A stretch of 64,000 bases of DNA from Squalus acanthias (taxonomy: Eukaryota). A program made the position numbers and the translations under genes. The stretch covers positions 115,136,001-115,200,000 of the forward strand of contig CM059432.1 in NCBI GenBank assembly GCA_030390025.1. The letters run 5' to 3'. Under the pieces are notes generated by a model, which was not told where the DNA came from, did not search any database, and saw nothing but the letters and a program-made list of their open reading frames with translations. Numbering within the stretch: position 1 is the stretch's first letter; each line of letters starts with the position of its first letter. This document shows positions 1-13,143 of this stretch, piece after piece.

Positions 1-850
1 GGCGCAATTATCGGCCGGGCACAAAGATTAGCGCCTGGCACTAATTATCGCCTCCGACTGCAAACTTAACTTTTATCGCCCCTGGAGGTGATTGGAGCGC
101 TAAATCAGGCGCTTCACACCTGTCTTAAGGTGCAAAGGCCGAGGAGCGAGGCGCTACATCAGAGCGCTGGCGAAGCTCATGTGATGTCAGTCAGCAATGG
201 AACACACACACAATGGCGCCGGCCAGTTCTTAAAGGGGAGGGCTGATCTTGCTTTCCATCCACATCCTGCTCATTGCAGCCTTGAATCTCGGCCTGGAGA
301 GACCTGTACATCAAATCTGCAGGAAAGAACAATGGAGAGACCCAGGGAAAGAGCTCAGAGTGCAGCCCCCACAGTCTCTTCTAAATCGATACAAGGAAGG
401 GCAAATCGAAATGAACCTGCAAAGTGCTGCTCAGTACCCAAAACTCCTTCACACAGCGTTGAATCTCTCCAGAAATCTCTCTCTCTCTTTCTGACTGCGT
501 GGTTCAAAAATATCACCAACAATAAAAGTCAGGAAGCGGTCGCCTTTAAATAGCACTCCCCCAGTCCCTTCCTGACTGCAAAACGCTCCCCTCAACCTGT
601 CGTTGCTAGCGGCAAGCGGTAAGGCAGGGGGCGCCACTCAATATCCACTCTGGGGCGCTATGCACTCGACTGACGTCACGGTCTGCCGGCGCAGGAGATC
701 ATGGCGGTAGTATTTAGCGCCGCCGCAAAATGTCTAGTTAATTTCGCGAGCGGCGTAAACATCGCCGCGCCCGGGTGCTGGTTGCTTTGCGCCCCATTAG
801 CGCCCTCTTAAGGCGCTAACGGGAGGCGCAACCTACTGAATTTTTCCCCC
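1..850. mobile_element. Harbinger-type non-autonomous element, left end outside window
   Basis: Ends in gaatttttccccc, the reverse complement of the GGGGGAAAATT-type TIR used elsewhere in the window. Contains repeated GGCGC/GCGCC motifs, TGACGTCA at 671-678, cctttaaatagc at 543-554 (same motif as 61293-61304) and a Myb-like start remnant MERPRERA at about 332. Confidence 0.6.
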
Positions 851-915
851 ATTGAGTTAAAAATCGGGACGATCGTGTCGGACTTCAATTCAGTTCATGT
901 ACTTCATTACATTAT

Positions 916-1634
916 GAGCTGGATTTTGTCAATGGGGACGCGTTGGGGGCAGGACTGCTGGTTGTCAGGTTTCAGTCCCGCTCCCAACGACGTCCGGCCA
1001 ACCCACGCTATTTTCCCTTGATTGTCCTTGTTAAGCCCGCCCTGCGGGCTTAGCTGGCCAATTAAGGGAAAGCCAGTGACAGAGGACATCAGCGAATGAC
1101 GTTTCATCTGTTGAAAAATTTTGACAGGTGAATTGTCAGCATTTGACAGCTTTGAGAAGCTGTCAAACACTGACAATCTCTGTTCTATGGTGAGTCCTTG
1201 CACTGAAGGCACACCAAAACCTATATCCTCAGCAGAAATCAGATGGCTGCTGCATCTGAGAATGCAGCAGCCATTCGGTGATCCATCTCTGCCGTTGACA
1301 TGAGACACCTCCGGACCCCTAAGGGTTGAAGCCTGCAGAAAGACACAAAGGTAAGTAAACTTTTTCTAACATTTTACACTCACCTCTCATACTTACCTCT
1401 CCACACCTGCACCCATCACTCACCTCCACAGCGGACTGTTTGATCCCTCTCACCCCCGCAGACCCACTGCTCGCCTCATTGACCCTGGCGAGGTTCGCAG
1501 CCGTCGGGAAGCCCGCACTTGCAGGGGTAAAATGGGGATACGCCTCAAAACTGCCTGTTAACTACCAGTTTCTGCCATTTTCCCGGCAGTCCCACCTCCA
1601 TACCCGCCTCCCCAGGGCGGGCAAAATTCCCCCC
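916..1634. mobile_element. Harbinger-type MITE
   Basis: Starts gagctggatttt and ends aaaattcccccc, resembling the gggctggatttt TIR of 20439 and 27744. Flanks tat/ttt (imperfect TSD). Internal hairpin tttgacagct..agctgtcaaa at about 1142-1168. Confidence 0.55.
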
Positions 1635-2041
1635 TTTATGTGTAAAAGTGAAAGCTTCCTATCTAGATGGAACATAGCAGAACAGCCCTAGCACAAGTTG
1701 GGGAAGGGAGAAAGAGGAAAGAGAGCGGTTGATCATGAATCAAAACTATATTTTTGGTCATGGCTTGGGCACAAATAATATTCGTCCCAGAACTTATGCC
1801 CTTACAGTATTATGGGGAGAAACATTTGGCTCTCTGCACCTTATTCATCGAAGTGAAACGTCTTGCTAATTCAATGTGACATTTTCATGCTCTGTAGCCA
1901 TTGACATTTTCTACATTGCTCAAATGCTTTCATCATGCTGGTGACACCATTATACCATTGACAAGTTGAAACTTACTCAACTGTGCCTCCCATTCATTTA
2001 ACCCTCCCAGATCCAAAAGACTTGAGCTTTCAAAATACTAA

Positions 2042-2567
2042 GGGGGGAAAATTGGCCCGCACCCCCTTTCGGGCAATAACTACTTTTAGCGCCCCGAAAA
2101 AGTTAGCACCCCCGTGCCCGAAATTTAATGGTAGCGCCACAAGCAGGAGCGCTACCAGTGAATATCGTGGCGCTACGTGCAGCAGCGTCACATGTGCCGG
2201 CACGAAGCGCCACAAAACTGCAGGCCTCCCTTCCCTGATTAAAGGGGAGGGGCCTAACGCAGCGTACACCGGGGCCCTGCTGGACCCCGCAGCAGGAGGC
2301 CAGAGGGGGCAGGTGCTGGCAGGCGGCCCAAAAAAAAGGCCACCCGGCACCAGCCCTTTAATTATCGCCGCCCCAGCCACAAAAACGCCCCCTTGACCCT
2401 GTCGGACATAGCGTCCGGCGGTAGGTCGGGGGCGCGAGCCAAGTTTGCTACCGGGGCATGAGTGGGGCACTGCGCACGCCGATGACGTCATCTCTGGAGG
2501 CGCGGCACAATGCCATGGGGCGCTACTGGCTACCGCCGCTGCTAACCTCCCACTGAATTTCGCCCCC
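2042..2567. mobile_element. Harbinger-type MITE
   Basis: TIRs ggggggaaaatt / aatttcgccccc, flanks taa/tca. The 5' part is clearly similar to 62228-62500 (ttttagcgccccgaaaa.gttagcaccc). Confidence 0.6.
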
Positions 2568-3059
2568 TCAGGGCTCTGATGGGAGGCACAAAGCAACCGA
2601 ATTTCTCCCCCCCCCCCCCGGGGTCTAAAATTCAACATCAGCAGCGGCACAATAGTGGCGGTAGCGGATCGACTACCCAATATACCCTACCCAATACTCC
2701 GTTGGATTTCAACTCCTAAATTTTTTTATGGAACTTCTTGCAAAAATGGGTTATGTATATTTCAGAAGATGAGTTGTATAAATTAGAAATTTGCAAAATC
2801 TAAAGAATATTTTTTTACAATTTGTAATATTGGTATAAGCTAGCAAATTGTACTCTCTATTTTATATTTAGGTTTTGCTTTCTATTTTGTCTATTCATTC
2901 TCTATATCAAGCACTGTCAGGTCAGGTATAGCATAGGCTCGGTACAGCATGAAAACTGCCTGATTTTCTGTTCCATTAACGCAAAGATCTAAAATTACTA
3001 CTACTATAAAATGACTATCTATACTCTCCAGCGTTGCAGTGGCTAGGTCATAAAGCTCT

Positions 3060-3325
3060 ATGACAGGGCATCCTACCAGTGAGACTTCCATTTCTGACAT
3101 CAGCCATTGTTGTAGTGAGTCTAATGAGATTGCCCATTTAGTGCTAAATTTTGTGCTATGGACCCAGAATGAGCAGGAATTGCACCAAGGGTGTCCAAAT
3201 TCATTCCACACAGGACCCCTTACAGCATGGCAGACAGAGGCCTTTATCCCATCATTCTAAGTTGCATTCAAAGCCAGGTCCCAGAGGTGAAAGCAGTGTC
3301 ATAACCCATTTTCCACCAAGTCTGC
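3060..3325 (-). mobile_element. Old LF-SINE-like tRNA-derived SINE relic
   Basis: Segments such as cattcaaagccaggtcccagaggtgaaag and caggaattgcacc..caaattcattccacacagg resemble the reverse complement of the LF-SINE head and body as recalled; heavily diverged. Confidence 0.45.
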
Positions 3326-4634
3326 TCACTTAGTTACAATGCTAATTTGGATACAGAGATAATATTGCTTTCTTCACGGAGTTAAATGAGAGATAAAGCT
3401 GATTTGGTGCCATACCGATGGGTTGTAACCATTTAAATAATTCTGGATAGTTTGTGCAGCACGAATAGGATGAATACAAATTGTGTACGCACTTTGGCAC
3501 TTTAACCACCTGCAAAGTCTGAACTTGACATTCAGACTTGCTGATGCTCAAGGGCACCTTGCAGCTGCACTGAACCCTTTTCACATAATCAGGCAGAATT
3601 GTTATTTTCAACATCATTATGCTGATTTGCAAACTGCTGTAAGGGTTCAACATAGTCCTATTTAAATAAATGGGTAATAAGACAAATGGCATATGTCACT
3701 CAAACTGCCAAGAGAGAAACTGAAAATAAGAATTAAACTAGAACTTGTGTGGGTGGTGGTGGTGGTGGGGGGGGCGGGGAGAGAGGCAGGGGCGGAGATA
3801 AAAGTGCGTTGAAAACAAGGCCTCCTTTATGATCTAGCCACTGTAATGTTGGTGCATATAGAGGTAATTTTAGAATTTGTATCCCTGGTGCAGAGTTTTG
3901 CTTGCCAGGAGCAATTATTGGGAATTCTGGCACCCCCCAGGAAAATTGTGGAACGGTGATCCCATTCAAATTCCCAGGAAGCTCCACCTCAGGAGTGCAA
4001 GTTTGTGAAATTATCCTATATTGAAGTCAGAAATTATTTTTGAAAAATGTATAGCCGCAATTCCCCATGAACAAATTCCGGATCCTGACCCGTAAATCTG
4101 TATTCGAGAAGTTGCTAAGCAGAGACAAGGTGAAGCAGAAAGTAACAAAAACAAAAATTAGTGGGTGAGTCACTACAGACCTCACTCACACCGTTCCTCA
4201 CAAATGTCTCAGTTGAATTATTGGCAGGGGTGTGGGAACAAGTTGCCCATCCTCTTGGCTGGGGAGTGGTGCATGGCAGGAGAAAACCATAAGGGAAAAG
4301 GAAAAATACATTTCCTGTATGTGGTTCACAGGGTTATTTAGTCATTCTGATCCAACAGGACTCCTGAGCAGAGTACAAGATGGAAAGTGAAGGCTAAAAA
4401 TCTTCTAACATAGTATTGAGACCAAAATGGTCAAAAAAAATCCAAACATCTGATCTGGACAGATTAGACTGTAAAATTACATCTGGAAACTAAAATTAGT
4501 CAAAGGAATTCAGGATAAAAATCAACCAGGGAAGCTATTAACCCAAAAAATGTGTTTAAAGTGATCAGAATCAATAGCCAATCTAAATGACAGTTATACA
4601 GTCATTATTGATTAAAAAGTGAAAGACGTCCTAC

Positions 4635-4845
4635 CTTATTGGATCGCAGTGACACCCGTCCTCCACAACGAGCACAGAATTTTGTTTGGCAATATGAACA
4701 GATGTGGCCACAGCCATCGGCAAACTTGGTTTTGTGACAGATTCCACAGGTGGGTGCATCACTCTTCTGTTCCTGTTGTTGCTGTGCTTCATCACCCATC
4801 TTCTTTACCTGATCCTTGTACATCTCAAACTGCTGGTGCAATTTC
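4635..4845 (-). CDS. RIMS2: Internal coding exon of RIMS2 (regulating synaptic membrane exocytosis 2), Rab-binding/zinc-finger region
   Basis: Translates KLHQQFEMYKDQVKKMGDEAQQQQEQKSDAPTCGICHKTKFADGCGHICSYCQTKFCARCGGRVSLRSNK. This matches recalled RIMS2 (EMYK, KKMG, QQQQEQK, CQTKF, SNK) better than RIMS1 (ESYK, CRTKF, SNN). Minus-strand acceptor tgcag|G at 4845 with pyrimidine tract; donor AAG|gtagg at 4635; length 211 bp. Confidence 0.95.
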
Positions 4846-5474
4846 CTGCAGATGTCAAAAGGGCAAAAGTCGTCATTTTGCAGAAAGGAAATTAAATGGT
4901 GTTCATCTGTATTTACAAGTCTCCTCTTATCTTTCCAGTGGCTTGCAGGAAGTTAGCAGTGTTCCTGAGTCCCATTTTATACCTGTTCACTGACAGCCAA
5001 GTCTTAACAGAGTGCAACGCTGCAACAGCTCGCTTGTCTCCCATCAGAAAAAGTGACAAGGTCCCTTTAGGTTTGTGAACCAAACAGAATTTAATAACTA
5101 TTAAGTGTCAGAGCCATTGGAAATTCTTCATGTATGTGTCATGGTCACGGCCGTGGCAACATTTGTCAGGTACTGCAAGTTAATTTAGTTGAATAAGAGA
5201 ATGGTGACGGAGGCAAATAAAACAAAAACCTGGTCTGTCATCATCTGACAATCCAACTGGATCTATACTGTAATATTTCAACCTATATTTTTTTTTACAG
5301 AAAACAGTGTTTTAACTAGAGGCTGGGTTTATAAAAGGTAACATTAGAAAAATTTCCCTTTGCAGGTTACTGCAGTGTTAAATACCTCAGACCGACATGT
5401 CTGCCCTCCCCAGCGATTTCAATGCACCATTTCAAAACAAACAAACAAACAATCAGCTTGTGTATGATGAGAGT

Positions 5475-5955
5475 GGGGGAGAAATGGGTTTTTGTTGCGC
5501 CAGATTTTTGCCCGGAAATGGAGTCAGGCTGGGCCTGTTGTGTTCAGGAATCTTCAGCGGTCACTGTGGCTAAACATCAGCGGCCAAGGAAAAAAAGTGA
5601 TTTAAAAAAAAAAGTTTTATGTGGAACAGGAATGCTTGTCTGAGCTCCAGAGCACCACAGCAGTCTGTGGGCTGCTGCCAACCATCTCCCCACCACCCCC
5701 GCCATGCCCCCGCCCGCATATTATCCTCCCCACTACCCGGGGCTTAGCTTAGAGCCACGGTCGGCAAGGCAAGCGACCGAAAATTCATCCTCTTCAAATG
5801 GGCATGCTGCTGCCTCTGGAAGCATGACAGGCACTGGCAGCTCGCCCAAATTACTGAAATGAAGCCTGAGGCCCAATTTTGGGTGAGCCTAGGACCTCCA
5901 CTGTTTAAACATTATTGGTATGTGCCTGAAAACAGGCCATAACCAATTTCTACCC
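5475..5955. mobile_element. Harbinger-type MITE
   Basis: Ends gggggagaaatgg / ccaatttctaccc, with 3-bp TSD agt on both sides. Confidence 0.65.
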
Positions 5956-7974
5956 AGTATCTCTACTTTTCCCAAGCTCCTTTCAAGTAAATCTGTGGAG
6001 AGGTTACTTTTTCTTCCCTGGGTGAGTATATTACATCAGGTGTAAACACAATCTGTGTTAACTCCCTGGAGGTGCAGTCATTTCCAGTTTTCTTCATGCG
6101 TATTACAAAAGTACTGTGTGGGATATTTTCCTCTGTGTGTAAAGTTGAAGAAAATGTATTTTGTTTAACTTATTTGGGGAAGTTTATAATGAGAGTTTAA
6201 GGATTCTCTTTAACTGTATACACACAGTGAAAATAATCCTTAAATGTTTGTTGGAAACCTATATTCCCCACACATCGCAAATTCAGGATTGTAAAGAAGA
6301 ACTATACTGTGCATATTTGAGTTCACAGCAGTGACCATGTAATCTCACCATTCTTTCAAAACAATGGCAGACCCATAGGTCACAAATGCTCCAGCCATAC
6401 AAAAGCCAGTCAGAACGGCTTTCTCACGAGCAAAAGGATAAGCTGGAGTAACTGACCATCACCCTTTCCTGTATTCTACTTATTCTTTGGGTACTTTTCA
6501 GGTGGATTTAGGTAAATTAATTCCAGAGCACAACATCAAAGAGACCATCCACTGAATTACCATCATCCTGTGTCTGTATTAAAATAAAAATATAGCCCTG
6601 AATTTCTTCTTGGCGCCGGCAGCACGGGTTAATTTTTGTTTTTGTCGTGTTAGAACGCAAGCTGACTTTACATGCACGTGCTCCTTTTCCCATCATTGGT
6701 CTTGCATTTGTTACAATAAACACATGCATACCTAAGAAGCCAATTACAATGCAACCATAATTATCCACCGGAGCCACTGGCAAATGTACAGCAAGATTCT
6801 TAAGTGCTATGAATAGCAGTTGCTGCATGACTAACGCTATGCAGTGTGCATTTTTCTGTGAAAATGGATTGAAGAAAGCATCAAACAAAATGCCAGTTAC
6901 AGGATAACGCTCCTCATATGTTAGTTGATGGACTGATGCTTTGAATGAACATTGTATTCGGGTCAAATAACAGGGCACAAACCAGCAAAGGGTACACCAG
7001 GCATGCGGTGAGGTAGCTGATGAGGTGATTGTTGTGTCAAAGAATTAGCACACTAGTTACTGAGATGCACAAAAAACTTTTGGACCCAAGAAAAAAGTGC
7101 CACAGTAGGAACCAAGGTAATGGCAAGAATGATTACATATCACATATGCTCATTCAGGAATGTAAAATTCTTCAGCAATATACTTGTAAAAATATGGAAA
7201 AATAGCAACCTGGTGCCAGTGCATTAGCAATATATTCACCATTTACATGATACAGTACTTGTGCAGTAAGACAATCCAAGCTGCATGTTAATGTTCTAGA
7301 GACTCCAACTACCATTCCTCACTGCATAAAATCATACTGATTCCAGGAGAAGCTAGCTTTCAAACCTGCTGAGTAAAAGTGCACAGATTGAGGCTATCCC
7401 AGTTGAAGCTTCTCTTTCCCAACCCTTGGCATGGAGTCCACTGAAAGAGTGGGGATTGCTGGATCTGAAGATTATGGTTTGTCTCCTTCTGGTATTATGC
7501 ATAATTCATCATCACCAGAGCACAGACACAGTTACATTATGTCCATGATATATAGCATGTAATTACTGTAGGTTAATAAACCCAAATTCACAGAGCATAG
7601 AGTTACAATACATCTGTAGTACATAGCATATACTTACTGTGCAGTGCTATAACAAAATGTGTAACAATAAAGTCACGCTCACCGAGTGGTCATTTTTCTT
7701 TTCACTAAATGCCTAGGATCCAGTGCAAATCCAAGAAAGCCAGAGAAGCAGCACGTTAATAAACAGCTCCATGTATCAGCATCCTCTAGAAATACAAGCA
7801 GCAGAGGATGCATCTGCTCAGGAACAAGCAGCACTGTATTGGGAGATGGTAAAGGGCAGTGTTGGTGATGGAGGAATGTCTACCACACGCTGAATAGAGG
7901 ATTAGCATGTCAAAGGACACGGTAGAATTCCCTCAGAATTTGGACCTTTATGGAAGACCATTCAAAAGAAGAAC

Positions 7975-8318
7975 AGCAACTTGTATTTATATAGCGCCTT
8001 TAACGTAGTAAAACGTCCCAAGGAGCTTCACAGGAGTGTTGACACCAAGCCACATAAGGAAAAATTAGGGCAGGTGACCAAAAGCTTAGTCAAAGAGGTA
8101 GGTTTTAAGGAGCGTCTTAAAGGAGGAAAGAGAGGTAGCGAGGCGGACAGGTTTAGGGAGGGAATTCCAGACCTTAGGGCCTAGGCAACAGAAGGCACGG
8201 CCACCAATGGTGGAACGATTATAAATCAGGGATGCTCAAGAGGGCAGAATTAGAGGAGCGCAGATATCTCGGGGGGGTTGTGGGGCTGAAGGAGATTCCA
8301 GAGATAGGGAGGGGCGAG
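7975..8318 (-). mobile_element. L2-type LINE 3' end fragment
   Basis: Begins aacttgtatttatatagcgcctttaacgtagtaaaacgtcccaagg; near-identical to 32981-33320 and to the reverse complement of the L2 3' end at 31420-31720. Confidence 0.75.
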
Positions 8319-9446
8319 AAGACGACCACAAACATGTATCTTGTCTTTGGAAATACACTGGAAGCTGTTCAGGTTGGTGTGGAGAAGCCCACCATCTGAT
8401 TTTCTTCCATGATCATGGAGCTTGCTTCGCAAATGCACACCGCCACCGAGACCATGGCAACTTTAGTGTCAGCTGCACTGGGCAATGCCTTGCCACACAA
8501 CAAATACTGTGGAAGTCTTGGGAACACTTCCAGTGCACTGGCATGGCACTATCGTCCACACTTCCTGAGGCAATACCAGGATACATGCAGACGTCCTCAG
8601 AGACGTTCAAGGCTTAAACTTGCAGCAATCAGGGGCCTTTTTGATGATTTAGGCTCCAACAGAGGCACGAAGGCAAGATGGTAGCGAGAGACACCTGAAT
8701 CTCACATGAGTGCTCCTGTGATGAATATGCCTCTGTACACGTGAATGCACAGATTTCCAAGACCATGCTGAATCTCCCAGCAGTGCAGTGGCAACCACTG
8801 CAGGAACTCATGAGGCCTCATCATCTACAGGAAGTGATCCATCCTAATGCATGTAAACTCTTGAACAGATCACCCAACCATCCACAGCAACTGTGTCTTC
8901 CAGGTAGAAAACAAATGCTTCTAAATAGTAAACAAGGTACAGCGTCTGTCACTACTCACTGTGTATGTCCCAGTGACACTTTCAAGGCAATGTACATTAT
9001 AATGGTAAAAGGTAGATTAACAGTGACAAGTTGATATGACTCCTTCCAATGGGCTCATTGCTAAGTTACCATACTATGGTTTTACAGTTATGGCACCCGA
9101 AGCAGAGGGAAGTGCTTTATTGGACTTTACAAGTGGAGAGCGTCGAAGGTGGTAACTGGGCAAGCAGGAGTGGAGGGACGCATGGTAAGGAGGCTGAACA
9201 TTGCTTCAGAAGGTACTGATATAAAAAATATACACAATAATCAAACAGTGCTTATAAGGGAAACGTGTAACCCATTTATGATATCAGGATATGTTTGAAG
9301 GTATGCCAACTATATGAGAAAGTATATGACAACTAACAACAGCCATGTACTGGCAGTTACCAGTTCTTTGAGTAGGTGCTGGCTACGACATTCATTAATT
9401 GGTGAAAAATTCTTGGTGCAACTTCTGCCAAAGCATTGGTTTGTGA

Positions 9447-11745
9447 CTCAGAGTCATAGAGTGATAGAGTCATAACGGCACAGAAGGAGGCCATTCCGCC
9501 CATCGAGTCCGTGCCGGCTCTCTGTAGAGCAATCCAGTCAGTCCCATTCCCCCGCTCGGTCCCCGTAGCCCTGCAAGTTTATTTCCCTCAAGTGTCTATC
9601 CAGTCTCCCCTTGAAAACATTGAGTGTCTCCGCTTCCACCACTTCTGTCGGCAGCGAGTTCCAGGTCCTCACCACTCGCTGCGTAAAAATTTTTTTCCTC
9701 ACATCCCCACTGTATCTTTTGCTCAAAACCTTAAATCTGTGTCCCCTAGTCCTTGTACCATCAACTAGTGGGAACAGCCTTTCCCCGTCTAGCCTATCCA
9801 AACCCGTCATAATCTTGTACACCTCTACAAATCACCCTTCAACCTCCTTTGGTCTAGTGAAAACAAATCCAGCTTCTCCAACCTGTCCTTGTAGCTAAGA
9901 TCCCCCATCCCTGGAACCATTCTGGTAAATCTCCTCTGCACTCTCAAGGGCCTTCACATCCTTCCTTAAGTGTGGTAACCAGAACTGGAAGCAATACTCC
10001 AGTTGTGGCCTAAGCAGCGCTTTATAAAGGTTCAGCATAACTTCTCCACTTTTGTACTCAATACCTCTATTTATGAAGCCCAAGATCCCATATGCTTTGC
10101 TAACCACTCTCGCAATATGTCTCGCCACCTTCAGGGACCTATGCACATTAACTTCCAGGTCCCTCTGTCCCTGCACTCTCTCTAAAACTGTGCCATTAAG
10201 TGTATATTGCCTCTCCCTGTTCCTTCTGCCAAAATGCATCACCTCACACTTCTCTGTATTAAATTCCATCTGCCACTTGTCTGCCCATTCTGCTAGTCTT
10301 TCTATGTCCTGTTGCAATCGATTGGTATCATCATCACTGTTTGCCACACCCCCAAGAATGGTGTCATCGGCAAATTTAGAAATTCTACTCTGTATTCCAA
10401 TATCCAGGTCATTTATATACATCAAAAAAAGCAGTGGCACTAGCACTGACCCTTGGGGAACACCACTGTCTACCATCCTGCAGTCTGAAAAACAGCCATT
10501 TACCACAACTCGCTGTTTTCTGTCCTTAAGCCAATTCCTTATCCAAGCTGCCACTGACCCATCTATTCCATGAGCCTCAATTTTGTTAACCAGCCTTCTA
10601 TGTGGTACTTTGTCAAACGCCTTCCTAAAATCCATGTAGACAACATCCATTGCATTCCCTTCATCAATCCTCCCTGTTACTTCATCAAAACATTCAATTA
10701 GATTAGTCAAACACGATCTGTCTTTTACAAATCCATGTTGGCTCTCCTTAATTAGCTTAAACCTCTCCAAGTGCCCGTTAATTTTTTCCTTGATTATTGT
10801 TTCTAAAACTTTACCCACCACTGATGTTAAACTGACCGGCCTGCAGTTACTAGGATTGTCCTTACACCCTTTCTTGAACAATGGTGTCACATTTGCCACT
10901 TTCCAATCCTCAGGCACCTCCCCCGCATCTAGGGAAGATTGGAAAATTATGGCAAGCCCTTCTGCTATCTCCTCCCACAATTCCCTTAGCAACCTGGGAT
11001 GCAAGCCATCTGGACCAGGCAACTTATCCACTTTAAGCATACCCAGTCTTTCTAGTACATATTGTTTATCATTGCTTCTGCCTTTTCCACTTCTACCGAT
11101 ATTTTGTCAGCATCCACCTCCTTTGTAAACACCGATACAAAGTACTCATTGAGTATTCTAACCTTGCCCTGCGCCTCTAAGCATATATCACCTACTTTGT
11201 TCCTAATAGGCCCCACCCTGCCTCTTACTACCCGCTTACTGTTTACATGCCGGTAGAAGATTTTTGGGTTCCCTTTTATGTTAACCGCCATTCTACTCTC
11301 ATATTCTCTCTTTGCCAATCTTATTTTCATCTTCACTTCCCCTCTCAACTTATTGTATTTGGTTTGGTTCTCCCTTGAAGAATTCACCTGACATTCATCA
11401 TACACCCTCTTTTTTTGTTTCATCATCTTCTCAATCTCCCTCGTCATCCAAGGAGCCCTTGCTTTGGTTCCCTTACCCTTCCCTCTTGTTGGAATGTACC
11501 TAGCCTGTACTTGGAACATTTCCTCCTTAAAGATCACCCATTGTTCCGTTACAGTTTTTCCTGCCAGTCTTTGGTTCATTTTACCCAGGCTAGATCCTTT
11601 CACATCCCATTGAAGTTAGCCCTATTCCAGTTTAGAAGTTCCACTCTAGATTGTTCCTTGCGCCTCTCCATTGCTAATCTAAATCTTATGATACGATGAT
11701 CACTCGTACCCAACTGTTCTGCCACATACACTTGGTCGACCTGGC
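9447..11745 (-). mobile_element. CR1 LINE, 5'-truncated, disrupted ORF2 (RT)
   Basis: ORFs 9895-11040 (PGPDGLHPR, GVPQGSVL, FADD), 11052-11603 and 9538-9822; short tandem-repeat 3' tail at about 9447-9475. Confidence 0.93.
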
Positions 11746-12507
11746 TCAAACCTTCATCTGCATACCGGATCTTAAACATCCACATCCATTTCTTCTTGTT
11801 GCTGATGTGAAGTTGTAATGGGAATGCCTCTGTCTCGCACAGTGCTGTGCAGCAGACCATGACAATCCTCCCAACATGTTTCAGTGCCTACTGTAAAGCT
11901 CCCCAAAGGCCAGTCAAAATAGGCAAGCATTCCTAATATTTACTCATTTAAGATCCTTGTTTTCCTGTGAGCATTATAACAAGTCTCTGCTATGTACAAG
12001 GCACATCTTGAAGCCATCTATTGTCAAGAAGACTTCCTTCCATTCTGTCCTCACCACTAAAAAGAGGCATGGAAGATAGCTACAGGATTAAGGCATCATG
12101 GGCACGGGCAGGAATGCAGATACTGACATTACTGGAGGTCACAAACAACTTTTATAGCATGGGAGTGGGATCTCTTGCCATTTACATAGGCAGTGTAAGG
12201 TGGTTGGGGACCTGAATGGCTGTGTCGGTGCAATCAATCACTCTCTGCACCCTGGGAAATCCAGAAATGTTGAACAAAGATACTCTTCCCATCATGCTGC
12301 TGCGTGTGTTCCAGGGGAAGTTAATGTAGGTTATCACATGCCTCAGTAAAGAATGTATGACTTCTTTGATGCAGTTATGGACAGCAAACTACTTCATGTA
12401 ACTGATGACTGGAAGAACACTGAAAAGATTGAGAGCAGCAGTCACCTTAACTGTTTTATTACAGGCCCCACCACTTAAAACATCCACATTTAAAACGGGC
12501 AGTCCCT

Positions 12508-13143
12508 CATAGAATCTTACAGCACAGAAGGAGGCCATTTGGCCCTTCATGTCTGTGCCGGCTCTTTGAAAGAGCTTTCCAATTAGTCCCACTCCCCTGC
12601 TCTTTCCCCATAGCCCTGCAATTTTCTCCACTTCAAGTATTTATCAAATTCCCTTTTGAAAGTTACTATTGAATCTGCTTCCACTACCCTTTCAGGCAGT
12701 GCATTCCAGATCATACTAACTCTCTGTTTAAAAAAATTCTCATCACCCCCTTGGTTGTTTTGCCAATTATCTTTAATTTGTGTCCTCTGGTTACCGACCC
12801 TTCTGCCAGTTTCTCCTTATTTACTCTATCAAAACCCTTCATGATTTTGAACGCCTTTTATTAAATTTCCCCTTAACCTTCTCTGCTCCAAGGAGAACAA
12901 TCTCAGCTTCCCTAGTCTCTCCACATAACTGAAACCCTTCATCCCTGGAACCATTCTGGTAAATCTCCTCTGCACCCTCTCCAAGGTCTTGACATCCTTC
13001 CTAAAGTGTGGTGCCCAGAATTGGGCACAATACTCCAGCTGAGGCCTAACCAGTGCTTTATAAGGGTTTAGCATAACTTCCTTGCTTTTGTACTTGATGC
13101 CTCTACTAATAAAGCCAAGGATCCTGTATGCTTTTTTAACAGC
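12508..13143 (-). mobile_element. CR1 LINE 3' fragment
   Basis: ORF 12829-13188 (YKALVRPQLEYCAQFWAPHFRKD) plus CR1 3' UTR. Confidence 0.88.

Noticed and set aside
1983..2680. 137-aa and 216-aa GC-rich ORFs
   Set aside because: Lie in a MITE; no recognisable domain.
4605..4841. Treating the listed 78-aa ORF as a whole gene, or as RIMS1
   Set aside because: It is an internal exon bounded by splice sites (the listed start is TTG, Leu); diagnostic residues fit RIMS2.
6517..6978. 153-aa minus-strand ORF in non-repetitive sequence
   Set aside because: Non-ATG start, no recognisable homology or exon signals; length is compatible with chance.
9895..11040. RT ORFs as a prokaryotic-type retron, DGR or group II intron system
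   Set aside because: Motifs, endonuclease domain, 3' tails and vertebrate context identify ordinary CR1 LINEs.
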